Below, piece after piece: positions 24,311 through 34,842 of a stretch of DNA of 64,000 nucleotides. Position 1 is the first letter of the stretch. Each line of letters begins with the position of its first letter. Origin of the DNA: Thermodesulfovibrionia bacterium (GTDB lineage: Bacteria > Nitrospirota > Thermodesulfovibrionia > UBA6902); contig CAVOUK010000007.1 of assembly GCA_963699585.1 (NCBI GenBank), forward strand, positions 361 to 64,360. Reading direction: 5' to 3'. Below the pieces are notes generated by a model. It saw nothing but the letters and a program-made list of their open reading frames with translations. It was not told where the DNA came from and did no database searches. The translations under genes were made by a program, and so were the position numbers.

Positions 24311-24387
24311 TCCGCAGATTTCGCAGATTGCACAGATTGAAATAAAATTATCTACAAATCTGTGTTAATCTGTGTAATCTGTGGATG
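24311..24387. repeat. Family B palindromic element
   Basis: TCCGCAGATTTCGCAGATTGCACAGATT...AATCTGTGTTAATCTGTGTAATCTGTGGA. Confidence 0.85.
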
Positions 24388-24392
24388 AGATT

Positions 24393-25688
24393 TTATTTTA
24401 TCTCCTTAAATGCCTCATATGCCGCGCGTGCGGTCTTGTTTATATCAGCGGACGAATGCGCAAGAGACATAAACCCTGCCTCAAACTGGGATGGGGCGAG
24501 ATTGATTCCCTTTTCAAGCATCTTTCCGAAGAATTGCGCGAACTTCTGTGCATCCGCTTTTTTAGCCGTCGCGTAATCAACAACTTCAGTATCAGTGAAG
24601 TAGGTGCAGAACATGGACCCCGCCCTGTAGAACTTTGTCTTTATGCCTGCGCGTTTTGAAGCATATCTCAGGGCTTCTTCAAGGGCCGCCGACTTGTTCA
24701 TCAGTTGTTTATATGTATCCGGCTTTGAGATAATCTTAAGCGTTTCAATTCCTGCGGTCATTGCAAGCGGATTCCCTGAAAGCGTCCCGGCCTGATACAC
24801 AGGCCCTTCAGGCGCAACCATTTTCATAATATCTTTTCTGCCGCCAAATGCTCCCACAGGCAGCCCGCCGCCGATCACCTTTCCGAGGCAGGTCATGTCA
24901 GGTTTTATTTTAAATGCCTTCTGCGCCCCGCCGTATGATACCCTGAATCCCGTCATTACTTCATCAAATATTAAAATTACTCGTACTTCTTTGTCAGCTT
25001 TCTCAGCCCTTCAAGGAATCCCGGTTTCGGCAGGACACAGCCGATGTTTCCAACAACAGGTTCAATAATAATGCATGCAATGTTTTTCGCGTTCTTCTCA
25101 AGAACTGTCTTGACCGCCTTCAGATCATTGTAAGGAAGGGTTATTGTATTTCTCGCATAATCCTTTGGAACACCCAGACTGTCAGGAACGCCGAAGGTAG
25201 CCGCACCGGAGCCTGGCTTTAACAAGCAGCCCGTCCGCATGGCCGTGATAGCAGCCCTCGAATTTTATTATCTTGTCCCTGCCTGTGAATCCGCGCGCGA
25301 CCCTGATGGCGCTCATGGTCGCCTCTGTGCCGGAGTTGACCATCCTTACGATTTCCATAGAGGGATATGCCTTGCGTATCATCTCAGCAAGCTCTATCTC
25401 AAGCGGAGTGGGCGCACCGTAGCTCGTGCCTCTTTCACAGGCTTTTTGAAGTGCCTTAATTACCGTTGGATGGGAATGCCCAAGGATCATGGGCCCCCAT
25501 GAGAGGACATAGTCTATGTATTCATTTCCGTCAACGTCATAAATTTTTGAACCTTTTGCTGATTGTATAAACAATGGACTTCCGCCAACTGCTTTGAAGG
25601 CCCTGACCGGGCTGTTTACCCCGCCGGGGATTATACGTTTGGCTTTATTAAAAAGTGCGATGGATTTTTTGTGGCTTAATTTCGACAT
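24393..25688 (-). CDS. hemL: Glutamate-1-semialdehyde 2,1-aminomutase; two frameshifts
   Basis: [51 protein letters not shown] and [10 protein letters not shown] over three ORFs. Confidence 0.96.
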
Positions 25689-25826
25689 GATTATCTCCTG
25701 TTGTTTAAAAATTATGGCAATTTTCAGCGAGTTTTATTTAACTCATAAATGACACAGGCATGTCAAAAGTAATGTATTTTCGAGAGATTATTTTTCTACC
25801 TTTGCTATTTGTAAAATATTGTTTTC

Positions 25827-26746
25827 TTATGTCGAGGAGTCGTCTTCAGCGATTTTTCTGTAGTTATTCAGCCGGGGAGGAGAACCTCTTCTTTCCTTTG
25901 ATAGTACGATTTTTCTGTGATCGGGCTTATCCTTACGGTTAAGGCCGATTAATACCTTTACCGCTTCAACATTTATTTCATTTCTCATAGGCCATTTCAG
26001 TAATCACTTCCAGGGCGGTCCTGTTGTCATACGGGACCGGACGATACGGCCTTTGTGAGATCAAGGCATCATATATATCACAAACAACGACTATTTCTGA
26101 GATCGGATTATCGAGATGTATCCCATGATGGATATCCTGTACCGTTTTTCTTTTCATGATGGTCTCTTGCCACTACAGCGGCAATATTGTCAGTATCTTT
26201 ATTGTAATGACTGAGCAGCAGGTATCCCGAAAGCGGATGTTGCTCCAATATGTCAAGTTCGTTTCTGGTAAGAGGAGATGATTTTTGCAGGATACTGAGC
26301 GGAACACTTATCTTTCCGATGTCATGAGTAGGGCTTGACATAACCTCACTGATGTGGTCCTGGTAGTTATCTATCATATATGATGCAACCAGAGTGGAAA
26401 GTGTAAAAACCGTAAGGGTATGGTGATACGTGTAGATGTCATACTGCTTGAGAAAATCAACGGTTTCCATCACCGGCTGAATAAGTTGAACTTTTCCCAT
26501 AAACTTAAGCAAAGCGCTATATTCATCTCCAAGGGAAAAGATCCATTGATAGGGCGGTTGACTTATGCAGCCGATCAGGTCCTTTTTAATTGATTCATGC
26601 TGCATAAGGGTGTAACTCTTGAAATGTTTTTTATTGTTCAACGAGACAATGTCTTTAAGCGCTGCTTCCGTTAGTTCGGTTCCGGCATGAAATAACGTTT
26701 TTTTGTCATAAGTAAATATATCGGCTTTGAGTTTCAAATAAGGCAT
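25827..26746 (-). CDS. HD-GYP domain protein; frameshifts in the 3' part
   Basis: HDIGK and HHEKKNGTGYP; continues out of frame as CDIYDALISQRPYR...NRTALE to a stop at 25827. Confidence 0.85.
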
Positions 26747-26824
26747 ATTCCTCCCTCATTTTCGAAAGGTTCCTATTCCCTTGATAGAATGATACTAACG
26801 AACAGCTCTTAAACGGATATTTTT

Positions 26825-27037
26825 TTAAACCTCATCTTCCAGTAATGAATCATCTTCAACAAGCGTTATTGCTTCAACAGGACAATTCTCCTCAGCCGCT
26901 TCGCAGCAGTCCGCAAACTCGCAGCCTTCCGGGTCAACAACCTTTGATTTATCGTCAATAAGCTGAAATACCGCCGGGCATATCTCAGCGCAATTGCCGC
27001 ATCCTATGCATAAGTCTTCGTCAACAACAGGTCTCAT
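26825..27037 (-). CDS. Ferredoxin (single-cluster type)
   Basis: CIGCGNCAEICP and CPVEAI; acidic. Confidence 0.92.
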   Translation of the reverse strand: MRPVVDEDLCIGCGNCAEICPAVFQLIDDKSKVVDPEGCEFADCCEAAEENCPVEAITLVEDDSLLEDEV

Positions 27038-27111
27038 AATCTGTCTCCATTATCGTAATCAATGTTACATTATATTATACATTTTTAGTTCCCTAACTGA
27101 TTATAAATAGG

Positions 27112-27855
27112 TTAAAACATTCGAGCCTCACCTGCGAGACCAAAATAAGGATTCTCATGGGCATTTGCCGGTATATCGGAAAGGCTTTCTACATGACCGT
27201 CGCGTGTACGCGGAAATTCTTCATCAACGTTGGTGTAGATAATATGGTAATCGCTACCACGCGTTACACGAGTCGCAACTCTCCACATTCCCGCGATTTT
27301 CTTAAGACGAAGTTCCTGATTCCAGCTACCATTTCGTCCCGTGAAAAAGATGTTTAAAGAATGGTGATCACCAACCCCGAGATTAAGATTACCTACAACT
27401 ACGACGTTTTTAGGGGGAATTGTCCCAATCGTAAGTCGTGTTTCAGAGTTCTCATGGACACGCAACTTCTCAAGATCGACGATACGCGCATTAAGATCAT
27501 ATAAAGGATACTTGCCAATGTATGAATATAACATCCGCGAAATGACTTTCTTTTTTTAATGACAGATGCAGTCGAGCAAAACGTCATCACCTGTTAATGT
27601 GCGAAGAGTCACCTCAGTGAGTCTTGAAATTTCCTCATTCTTCTGTCGAAGTTCTCTTTCAAAGTGTGTTTGGTTTTGACTAGCCCAGAATGCACCGATA
27701 GCACTAAGAATAGCTCCCAAAAAAATTAGCCATACTTTCATTTTAGAGAGGTTGTTTTTAGAGTTCTTCCCTTGAATCCAGAAGGCACTAATGGCACTAA
27801 GTAGTGCTCCTACAAGTATTAACCATATCGCAAAGTTTGAGATATCAATACTCAT
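27112..27855 (-). CDS. Hypothetical membrane-anchored protein; frameshifted near 27540-27580
   Basis: ORFs 27556..27855 (two similar TM helices plus a coiled coil) and 27112..27534 (beta-rich domain). Confidence 0.6.
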
Positions 27856-28095
27856 ATATAGTCACTAAATAATTATTATTTAGATTATTAGTAACCACTC
27901 CCCATCCACGACAACAGAAAATGATTTCAGAGTATAAAACCATAAGTGTGAACGATCGAAACGCATATGAACTAAGGCCCATAAAATTCATGAAATATCT
28001 TAACGCCGCAGGGAGGGATTTGCAAGACAAGAGAAATGCAGAAGAGCAGAAGCGCAATAGTATAAAAGCGCTAAGGTGTTAAATAAAAATTGGGG

Positions 28096-28311
28096 CTATG
28101 CCAATGCCTTGATGCCTTCGTGATGGATCGGGAGTATTTTCCGGAGGTCTACGTGAGAGGAAGCGTCAACGATTTCTATACCGACAATTTTCCCGCCATC
28201 TCCTATATCGAGAACAACGTCATCGGCAACACGCTTGTTTATTACATCCTGCCTGGTTTCATCCAGCCTGATATAAAGAAGGTCTTTTATGTCGTCATAT
28301 GAAATTTTCAT
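28096..28311 (-). CDS. DUF2283-family protein (putative antitoxin)
   Basis: MKISYD..DLLYIRL...DVVLDI...IVGIEI; ATGA overlap with the upstream gene. Confidence 0.85.
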   Translation of the reverse strand: MKISYDDIKDLLYIRLDETRQDVINKRVADDVVLDIGDGGKIVGIEIVDASSHVDLRKILPIHHEGIKALA

Positions 28312-28577
28312 CTTGTCTCCTGCCAACGGCCATAAAAAACATATACGGTTATGGTTATTATTGTATCATCTTCAATAGTATAAATCACTTCAACCTTTTT
28401 CTGTTCATAAAATACATCGAGTCGCTTCCTTGTAAAATCGAATATTCTGGCTTTCCCTCTTCGACCTTTTTTTGCAGGGATGTCGAATCCTGCATGAAGA
28501 ACATCTATTATTTCATCTTCGTTAGTGCCACGCTCCATAGCTCTTTCGAGCGTATGAGAATCGATACGGATTTTCAT
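28308..28577 (-). CDS. DUF4258-family protein (putative RelE-like toxin)
   Basis: HTLERAMERG.NEDEI.DVL...VIY..E...ITITVY. Confidence 0.8.
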   Translation of the reverse strand: MKIRIDSHTLERAMERGTNEDEIIDVLHAGFDIPAKKGRRGKARIFDFTRKRLDVFYEQKKVEVIYTIEDDTIITITVYVFYGRWQETR

Positions 28578-28691
28578 CAGCCTGCCCCCTAATCATTAAG
28601 TCAACAATATCATAACGTCGTAAGCCGGGAAATTCAAGAAGAAATACAGCTTTCAGCGATCAGCTAAAAAGTGCGGAAGAAAGAACGGTAT

Positions 28692-28714
28692 GATTCCGGA
28701 CAAGCCGGAATGAC
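28692..28714 (+). repeat. Family E hairpin (half element)
   Basis: GATTCCGGACAAGCCGGAATGAC, identical to 39859-39881. Confidence 0.8.
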
Positions 28715-28744
28715 ATCACGCAATATAATACAGACAGTACAAGT

Positions 28745-29692
28745 TTACTTATTTATCATTTCCATCACCGCTGCAGCCAGCAGCGGGAACATGATCTCGT
28801 GATGTCCGGTCAATGCATATGATTTGCCGCCTGAAAGGACAGGGCGTCTCAGGACATTCTCACGCGCCCTGTAATGCTGGATAAAATCCATATTGACCGT
28901 AGTAAAGTCCTTCACGTCATATTTAAGATTCCTTGTAACGGCAATCGCCTTTAAAAATACCTCCGGCATGATCACGGCAGAGCCGAGATTGATATAAACG
29001 CCCCCCTTAAGGTCCGAAACAACCGATGAAAAGAGCCTGAAATCCCTCAGGCTTCCTTCGCCGATTGATCTGCCGTCAGCCTCCGGATGCATATGGATGA
29101 TATCCGTTCCCAAAGCAACATGGACCGTTGCAGGGATATTTAATTGTGATGCAGCCGAGAGAATGCTCAACCCTTTGTAATTAGCCTTACTCTTTAAAAT
29201 ATATTCACCTACCGACTTACCAATCCCGAAGCCTTTTTGAACTCCTGCCTTAATTGCCCTGTTCAGGTCCCTGCCTGTCTCCTCCGCCATCCCAAATGTC
29301 CCTTTGCACAATTCAATGTCAACATCCTCGGAAGTATGCCCCATGAGGCTTAGCTCAAAGTCATGGATAATACATGCGCCGTTCATGGCAACAGCCGTAA
29401 TCACTCTATTTTCCATCAGATTAATAATAATAGGGGAGAGACCGACTTTCACCGGATGAGCGCCCATTCCGAGGATTACAGGCCTGTTATTCTTTCTTGC
29501 CTTTACGACCGCGTCAACTACCGATCTGAAATCCTTTACCGCAAGGATATCCGGCAGGCTGCTGAGAAAAGATTTCAGACTTCCTCCGCTGAAGGCTTTC
29601 CCTACCCTGTCGAGCCGTACCTTGCTCTTTCTGGATCTCAGTTTGCAGGTTTTTATGTCCTTCAGAGAGATTGGTTTGTATTTTTTCGACAC
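28745..29692 (-). CDS. Deoxyhypusine-synthase-like fold protein of unknown function
   Basis: GMGAHPVKVG, MNGACIIHDFE, GTDIIHMHP, NLGSAVIMPEVFLKA, GHHEIM. Confidence 0.75.
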   Translation of the reverse strand: MSKKYKPISLKDIKTCKLRSRKSKVRLDRVGKAFSGGSLKSFLSSLPDILAVKDFRSVVDAVVKARKNNRPVILGMGAHPVKVGLSPIIINLMENRVITAVAMNGACIIHDFELSLMGHTSEDVDIELCKGTFGMAEETGRDLNRAIKAGVQKGFGIGKSVGEYILKSKANYKGLSILSAASQLNIPATVHVALGTDIIHMHPEADGRSIGEGSLRDFRLFSSVVSDLKGGVYINLGSAVIMPEVFLKAIAVTRNLKYDVKDFTTVNMDFIQHYRARENVLRRPVLSGGKSYALTGHHEIMFPLLAAAVMEMINK

Positions 29693-29697
29693 ACAAA

Positions 29698-29726
29698 AAT
29701 ATAACCTGCAGGGAATGATTAGTCAA
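29698..29726 (-). promoter_or_regulatory. sigma70 promoter, leaderless geometry
   Basis: TTGACT, 17 nt, TATATT, then 5 nt to GTG 29692. Confidence 0.65.
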
Positions 29727-29803
29727 GAGTAAAGCAAAACAGGAAATACATCGGTTTTTAAGTAACCGTTAATCTAAATACAAATCACGAGAGATACAGA
29801 ATA

Positions 29804-29835
29804 TTGACTTTTATTAACTACTATGGTAGTTAATA
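29804..29835 (+). promoter_or_regulatory. Promoter with a perfect 10-bp inverted repeat (putative TrmB-family autoregulatory operator)
   Basis: TTGACT at 29804; TATTAACTAC-TATG-GTAGTTAATA at 29812-29835, 4 nt before the ATG. Confidence 0.72.
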
Positions 29836-29839
29836 TTAC

Positions 29840-30640
29840 ATGCAAACCGCTATATCAAAGCTAAAGGAGCTTGGTTTTTCAGAATATGAGGCAAAGGCAT
29901 ATACAGCGCTTGTCAATGAAAATCCCCTGACCGCTTATGAAATATCCAAGAATACGGGCATCCCTTCTTCAAAGGTTTATGAAGTAATACGAAAGCTTGA
30001 ATTCAAACATATGATACAGGCCGTTCATGGTGAACGTTCAAAGATATTTATCCCTGTCCCTCCGGACGAGTTTGTGCAAAATTTCAGGTCCTCGATAGAC
30101 AATAACCTTCATGCTGTTCAAACCAATTTAAACAATTTCCGGTCTGGAATGAATGTTAACTATACATGGCATATCAAGGATTATGATGCGCTTCTTCTTA
30201 AGTCGCAGAGGATGATAGAAACATCGAGGGAAAGCATTTTATTATTGACCTGGCATGAAGAGATGCATGCGCTTTTTGATGATCTGAAAAAAGCTGCTCA
30301 GCGGGATGTGAAGATCGGCGTAATACATTACGGCAAAACCGATTATAAGATTGTACAACTCTATACTCATCCTGTCGAAGATACTATTTATGCAAAAAGA
30401 GGTATCAGGGGTTTTACCATTGTTGCTGATTCTCAGGAAGCCATTAACGGCAAACTTGTCGGGAAAAAAACAGAGGCCATTTGGAGCATGAATGAGGGCT
30501 TTGTCAATATGGCGGAAGACTATATACGACATGATATTTATCTGATGAAAATAATGAAAAGATTTGATCCCGTATTAAGAAAAAAGTTTGGCGAGAGATA
30601 TGAAAGGCTCAGAAATGTTTTCAGGGATGATGCATTGTAA
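29840..30640 (+). CDS. TrmB-family transcriptional regulator
   Basis: LKELGFSEYEAKAYTAL...TAYEISKNTGIPSSKVYEV wHTH plus effector domain. Confidence 0.92.
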   Translation: MQTAISKLKELGFSEYEAKAYTALVNENPLTAYEISKNTGIPSSKVYEVIRKLEFKHMIQAVHGERSKIFIPVPPDEFVQNFRSSIDNNLHAVQTNLNNFRSGMNVNYTWHIKDYDALLLKSQRMIETSRESILLLTWHEEMHALFDDLKKAAQRDVKIGVIHYGKTDYKIVQLYTHPVEDTIYAKRGIRGFTIVADSQEAINGKLVGKKTEAIWSMNEGFVNMAEDYIRHDIYLMKIMKRFDPVLRKKFGERYERLRNVFRDDAL

Positions 30641-30765
30641 AGATAAATATTCAGTATGAGTTATGTTTATCTGAGGGACACAAAGATACCCTGTCGAATT
30701 TGACATAACTGCACCGTTAAAATTCAATCGTTCACAAGCTTTTCAGCTTGAAAATAATGTAATGC

Positions 30766-30873
30766 CTATGTTGCCCCGCATCTCGGGTTTTCATGTTTTG
30801 AAAAACTTAATATAAAAACCCAAAACACTCCTGCCGCAAGCAGCGCCAGTATACCGATCAATGCCATTAACAA
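30766..30873 (-). CDS. 35-aa single-pass membrane peptide
   Basis: SD GGAGGTG 6 nt before TTG; MLMALIGILALLAAGVFWVFILSFSKHENPRCGAT. Confidence 0.55.
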   Translation of the reverse strand: MLMALIGILALLAAGVFWVFILSFSKHENPRCGAT

Positions 30874-31127
30874 ATCAATCACCTCCCTCTTGCAATTTTT
30901 ACAGCATCAATTAATTGCGCATGATCATTATTTGCATAATTGTGCAGATATGCAAGTAATCAATGTCAATTTAAATTTTCTTTTTAATTTATTAAATTTT
31001 CTAATGGTTTTTCATGGCAAGCAGCTTCTGTCCAAAGATGATAAGCCCCGCCTATTGTCAAGATCCGGAATTTGTGCTAAAAAATTATAGAAACTAAAAT
31101 TACAATTAACCGATCGGGGGATAATTC

Positions 31128-32735
31128 ATGAATAAGTTTTTGTTCTTTTTACTTATCGCAGCTTTTACTATATCGATTGCGGTCGCTTCTACTGAAGAAG
31201 GCAAACAGATATTTGAAGGCAAGTGCAGCAAATGCCACGAACTTGAGCGTGCATTATCAGAAAGCAAAGACCTGGCGGCATGGAAGAGCACAACACTGAG
31301 GATGTCCAGATACTCAGGCGGGGCCATTACTGAAAAAGACGCGGAGGCTGTTGCGGAATACCTGGCTGGAAGGGAAAAGTCAGGCAAAATAGTTATTCCT
31401 GAAAAAGAATCTGATAACAAAGAAAAATCCATCGAAAAAAAGGAAGGCTTTGATTTTAAAAAAGTAAAGGTCGAGCAATTCATAAAGCCGGATGTGTGCG
31501 CTAATTGCCATTCTGAAATATTCAAACAATGGAACGGCTCTATGCACAGCAAGGCGTTTGTTGACCCTCTATGGCAAAAAGCCACCAAGTTGTTCAATAA
31601 AGACGTTACCACAAATGATCAAATTCTTGAAATGCAGGCATGTGTAGAATGTCATACTCCGCTTGGTTTCCGGTCATATTCGATCATATCTCCGGGCGAT
31701 GATTATGATAAGCTGTCTTATCTGCCGTCACAGGGTATCTTCTGCAACTGGTGTCATAACATCAGCGAAGTTAAACATCTTGGCGATGCCGGCTACGAAT
31801 TAGAGCCGGGGGGTGGAGAAGACAACCCGTCAACCATGCTCGGTCCTTTTAAAGATTCTGATTCGCCGTATCATCCCACGAAGTATTCCGAGTTACATAC
31901 GAAATCTGATTTCTGCGGGCTCTGCCATAATGTTTCCCATGCCGGAAATCACATGCCGATCGAGCAAACGTACAATGAATGGAAAAACAGTCCTTACAAC
32001 ACCGGGAAGCCTGAAACAACGGTTTACTGCCAGGACTGCCACATGCGACAGAAACCGGGAATTCCTTCTACAGGAAAGACAAAACGCCCCGACAACCCGG
32101 GCAAGGCGTGCGATATGGGCCCTGTCAGACAGCACATATGGACACATTATTTTGTAGGCGGCAATGCAATTGTCACCAAGCTTCTCGGCAGTGAAATGCA
32201 TGCACAGATGGCAGTTGAACGGCTTCAGAACGCTGCAGATTTGGAACTCCTGAACGACAGTTCATACAGGATGAAAGCCCTTTCACGTGTAAGGGTCAAA
32301 GTCATTAATTCCGGAGCAGGGCACTATCTTCCAACAGGGCTGACAGAGGTCAGGCAGATGTGGCTTGATGTGAAGATAACAGATGCAAAGGGGAAGATAT
32401 TGTTACGGTCAGGGGGACTGGATGAAAAAGGCGATATAGACAAAGATGCGGTGATCTACCATACAAAGCTCGGAAACGAAAAAGGCGACCTGCTTAATGT
32501 CGTACTTGCGGACAGAGTACTTTATGACCACAGGATCCCGCCAAAAGGTTATATGATCGAGAGTTACGCCTTTTATATACCTGATGATGCCGTTTCCCCA
32601 TTGAATATTGAAGTGTCTCTGAAATACCGTAGCGCCTCACAGGAACTTGCAAGGATATTGCTTGGAGAAAAAGCACCTGAACTTCCTGTGATTGATATGG
32701 CACATATTACTGAAAAAATAGAATTTCAAAAATGA
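31128..32735 (+). CDS. Periplasmic hexaheme c-type cytochrome (monoheme N-domain plus c554-like pentaheme domain)
   Basis: Signal peptide; CSKCH, CANCH, CVECH, CNWCH, CGLCH, CQDCH; GAGHYLPTG. Confidence 0.9.
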   Translation: MNKFLFFLLIAAFTISIAVASTEEGKQIFEGKCSKCHELERALSESKDLAAWKSTTLRMSRYSGGAITEKDAEAVAEYLAGREKSGKIVIPEKESDNKEKSIEKKEGFDFKKVKVEQFIKPDVCANCHSEIFKQWNGSMHSKAFVDPLWQKATKLFNKDVTTNDQILEMQACVECHTPLGFRSYSIISPGDDYDKLSYLPSQGIFCNWCHNISEVKHLGDAGYELEPGGGEDNPSTMLGPFKDSDSPYHPTKYSELHTKSDFCGLCHNVSHAGNHMPIEQTYNEWKNSPYNTGKPETTVYCQDCHMRQKPGIPSTGKTKRPDNPGKACDMGPVRQHIWTHYFVGGNAIVTKLLGSEMHAQMAVERLQNAADLELLNDSSYRMKALSRVRVKVINSGAGHYLPTGLTEVRQMWLDVKITDAKGKILLRSGGLDEKGDIDKDAVIYHTKLGNEKGDLLNVVLADRVLYDHRIPPKGYMIESYAFYIPDDAVSPLNIEVSLKYRSASQELARILLGEKAPELPVIDMAHITEKIEFQK

Positions 32736-33115
32736 AGGGAGTAAAACAATATATTCTGTTGCCGCTGATGATCATCCCGCTTTTAACGGGCGGATGTGCG
32801 CCTTCTCCATCAAAAGGCGAGATCGAGGAAACAATAGTAAAATATTTTGAAATAAAACAATATAAGGTTGCCGAGCTGAGTATAGGCAATATTGACCCGA
32901 TACCTGTAAGTAAACAACAGTATATGGGGACCCCTGGATACACGGTTAATGTAACAACCCTTATATTGGAAATACCTGAAGACACGGGAGCGCCATGGAA
33001 TTATAAAAAAGGGCAAAGGGTATCGTTCAAAAATATACAAATAACTTTCCGGCAAAGTACCGGTCAGGATAAAAAATGGCTTATAGTACATATTTCAGGA
33101 GTACCAGTTCCTTAA
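32732..33115 (+). CDS. Hypothetical lipoprotein
   Basis: Lipobox LTGGC; ATGA overlap with the cytochrome gene. Confidence 0.75.
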   Translation: MKGVKQYILLPLMIIPLLTGGCAPSPSKGEIEETIVKYFEIKQYKVAELSIGNIDPIPVSKQQYMGTPGYTVNVTTLILEIPEDTGAPWNYKKGQRVSFKNIQITFRQSTGQDKKWLIVHISGVPVP

Positions 33116-33145
33116 TTTACATTTTCAGTATTACAGGGGGAACAT

Positions 33146-33484
33146 ATGAGAAAAGTTGAAGGAGCAAAGGTCTATGGACTCTGCCTTGAAAGACTTGAGT
33201 TCCAGATCAAAAATGCCCTCGCAAGGATCAGTAAGGACAGCAGCCTGTACAAGCCGGATAAAGGGTTTGTTCTTGAAAGTTATTGCACCCGGGACATAGA
33301 CGAGATCATTGACCTGTTAGAGATCTATGATGTCCCTGACAGAACGCATGAAACAGTTATGGGCAAATTGTCTGAAATTGCTTACAGCGCTTCAATCCTT
33401 TTAGGAGAAACTGTAAGGTTCAATTTTTCTGATGAAGGTTTTTTGTGCATCTACCTTATCTTGAAGAAATCATCGGCAAAATAA
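33146..33484 (+). CDS. Hypothetical protein
   Basis: 112-aa ORF with GGGG SD, co-oriented with the upstream genes. Confidence 0.65.
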   Translation: MRKVEGAKVYGLCLERLEFQIKNALARISKDSSLYKPDKGFVLESYCTRDIDEIIDLLEIYDVPDRTHETVMGKLSEIAYSASILLGETVRFNFSDEGFLCIYLILKKSSAK

Positions 33485-33526
33485 GCATTGCCTGTTCTCC
33501 GGACTATGAAGAGTTGCGCCAATAAA

Positions 33527-34633
33527 CTACATTTTCAGAATCCTTCTTGCTGTCTTGCCGAGTACTGTCTCATGCGCACTTAAGGCCCCGTGCGGACAAA
33601 CCTCAATACAGCAGTAGCACCTGATGCATTTCTCATAGTTGAAGCGGATCTTCTTTTTCTCATGTGTTATCGCTTTTGCAGGACAATATTTCCAGCATTC
33701 TCCGCAGTGTTTACAGAGCGATTCATCACATACAGGTCTCTGAACAAGATGCCTGCGCATAAAATTATGTACTGGCCTTGGTCCAAAAACAAGAGGGACC
33801 ATTTCGGGAAATTTAAAATCCTTTACTTCAGGCAGGTCCCCGTCAACAATAAATTCTTCGGCCGCGATTCCCTGCTCCATGATGTATTTGCTGGTCAGCA
33901 CTCTATCGGGCGAAATGCCTAACATCTTACATACCGCCATATCAACTGCGAACGTGTCCCTGCTTCCGAGGAGCACTCCGATATGTCTTGGTTCACCGCC
34001 CTTTCCCGGCCCCTCCCCCTGCATTGCGAGAATACCGTCCATGATCGTAATGTCAGGATTTACTGCCTGATATATCTTCACCAAAAGCCTCGCGAACATA
34101 TCCCTGTCAACACCTGTCCTGAAATGCCATTCGGGTTTTTTCATGCCTACTATACAGCCGAACAGGTTTTTTATACCGAGCGTCAGCAGCATCTGTGCAT
34201 GGGTTTTCAATTTTGGAAGGTTGATCAGAAAGTCAGCGTTCACGGCATCAGCTGCGATCTCTATTTCGTTAAAAGGTTTCCCGACGTCAACGGATAAAGA
34301 GGTCCTGAACTCCGTGTACTCAACATTCAAACCTTCAAGCGCATCTCTGATCCCGCTTTCCTTTATGATCTTCTCAAATGAACCTATAGCAGGACTGTCG
34401 GAAATAACAGGCCTGGCGCCTTTATCAAGCACATACTCAACAGCGGCCTTTATTATCAATGGATGTGTGACGATCGCCTTGTCAGGAGAAGCAGGGGCAA
34501 GGAGATTGGGCTTGATCACAACACGGCTGTTCTTTTGGATCATGTCTTCAGCAGTACGGTCCATGATCTCAAAAAAGACCGGTTTCAGTATTTTGTAATC
34601 GTACTCAGCCTTTCTGATAAAAACTTTGGACAT
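33527..34633 (-). CDS. DUF362 protein with C-terminal 2x[4Fe-4S] domain
   Basis: IKPNLL, THP, NLPKLKTH, KNLFG, GEGP; CKHCGECWKYCP and CIRCYCCIEVCP. Confidence 0.92.
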   Translation of the reverse strand: MSKVFIRKAEYDYKILKPVFFEIMDRTAEDMIQKNSRVVIKPNLLAPASPDKAIVTHPLIIKAAVEYVLDKGARPVISDSPAIGSFEKIIKESGIRDALEGLNVEYTEFRTSLSVDVGKPFNEIEIAADAVNADFLINLPKLKTHAQMLLTLGIKNLFGCIVGMKKPEWHFRTGVDRDMFARLLVKIYQAVNPDITIMDGILAMQGEGPGKGGEPRHIGVLLGSRDTFAVDMAVCKMLGISPDRVLTSKYIMEQGIAAEEFIVDGDLPEVKDFKFPEMVPLVFGPRPVHNFMRRHLVQRPVCDESLCKHCGECWKYCPAKAITHEKKKIRFNYEKCIRCYCCIEVCPHGALSAHETVLGKTARRILKM

Positions 34634-34813
34634 ATTTGTATTTTCCTTTTTCCGCGTTTGACACTACCGGCATTCTGCCATGAAATCCGATGTTTTTCTG
34701 ATAATTATATCCGGCAGTGACTTCTATTATCCAATGCGGCTTCATTTATTTCAATATCTTCCTGCTTTCAAACTTCCGCACTTTTGCTCTATGGCGCTAA
34801 TGCGCATTTCTGT

Positions 34814-34842
34814 TTGACAGACGAAGCATTTTGTGATATACA
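34814..34842 (+). promoter_or_regulatory. sigma70 promoter of the PhoU-like gene
   Basis: TTGACA, 17 nt, TATACA with an extended -10 TG. Confidence 0.6.

Noticed and set aside
27921-28082. 53-aa plus-strand ORF (MISEYKTISV...) in the accessory islet
   Set aside because: No SD, no recognisable motif; cannot be supported without a homology search.
31015-31030. sigma54 promoter upstream of the hexaheme cytochrome (TGGCAAGCAGCTTCT)
   Set aside because: The -24 element is present but the -12 GC is missing at the required spacing.
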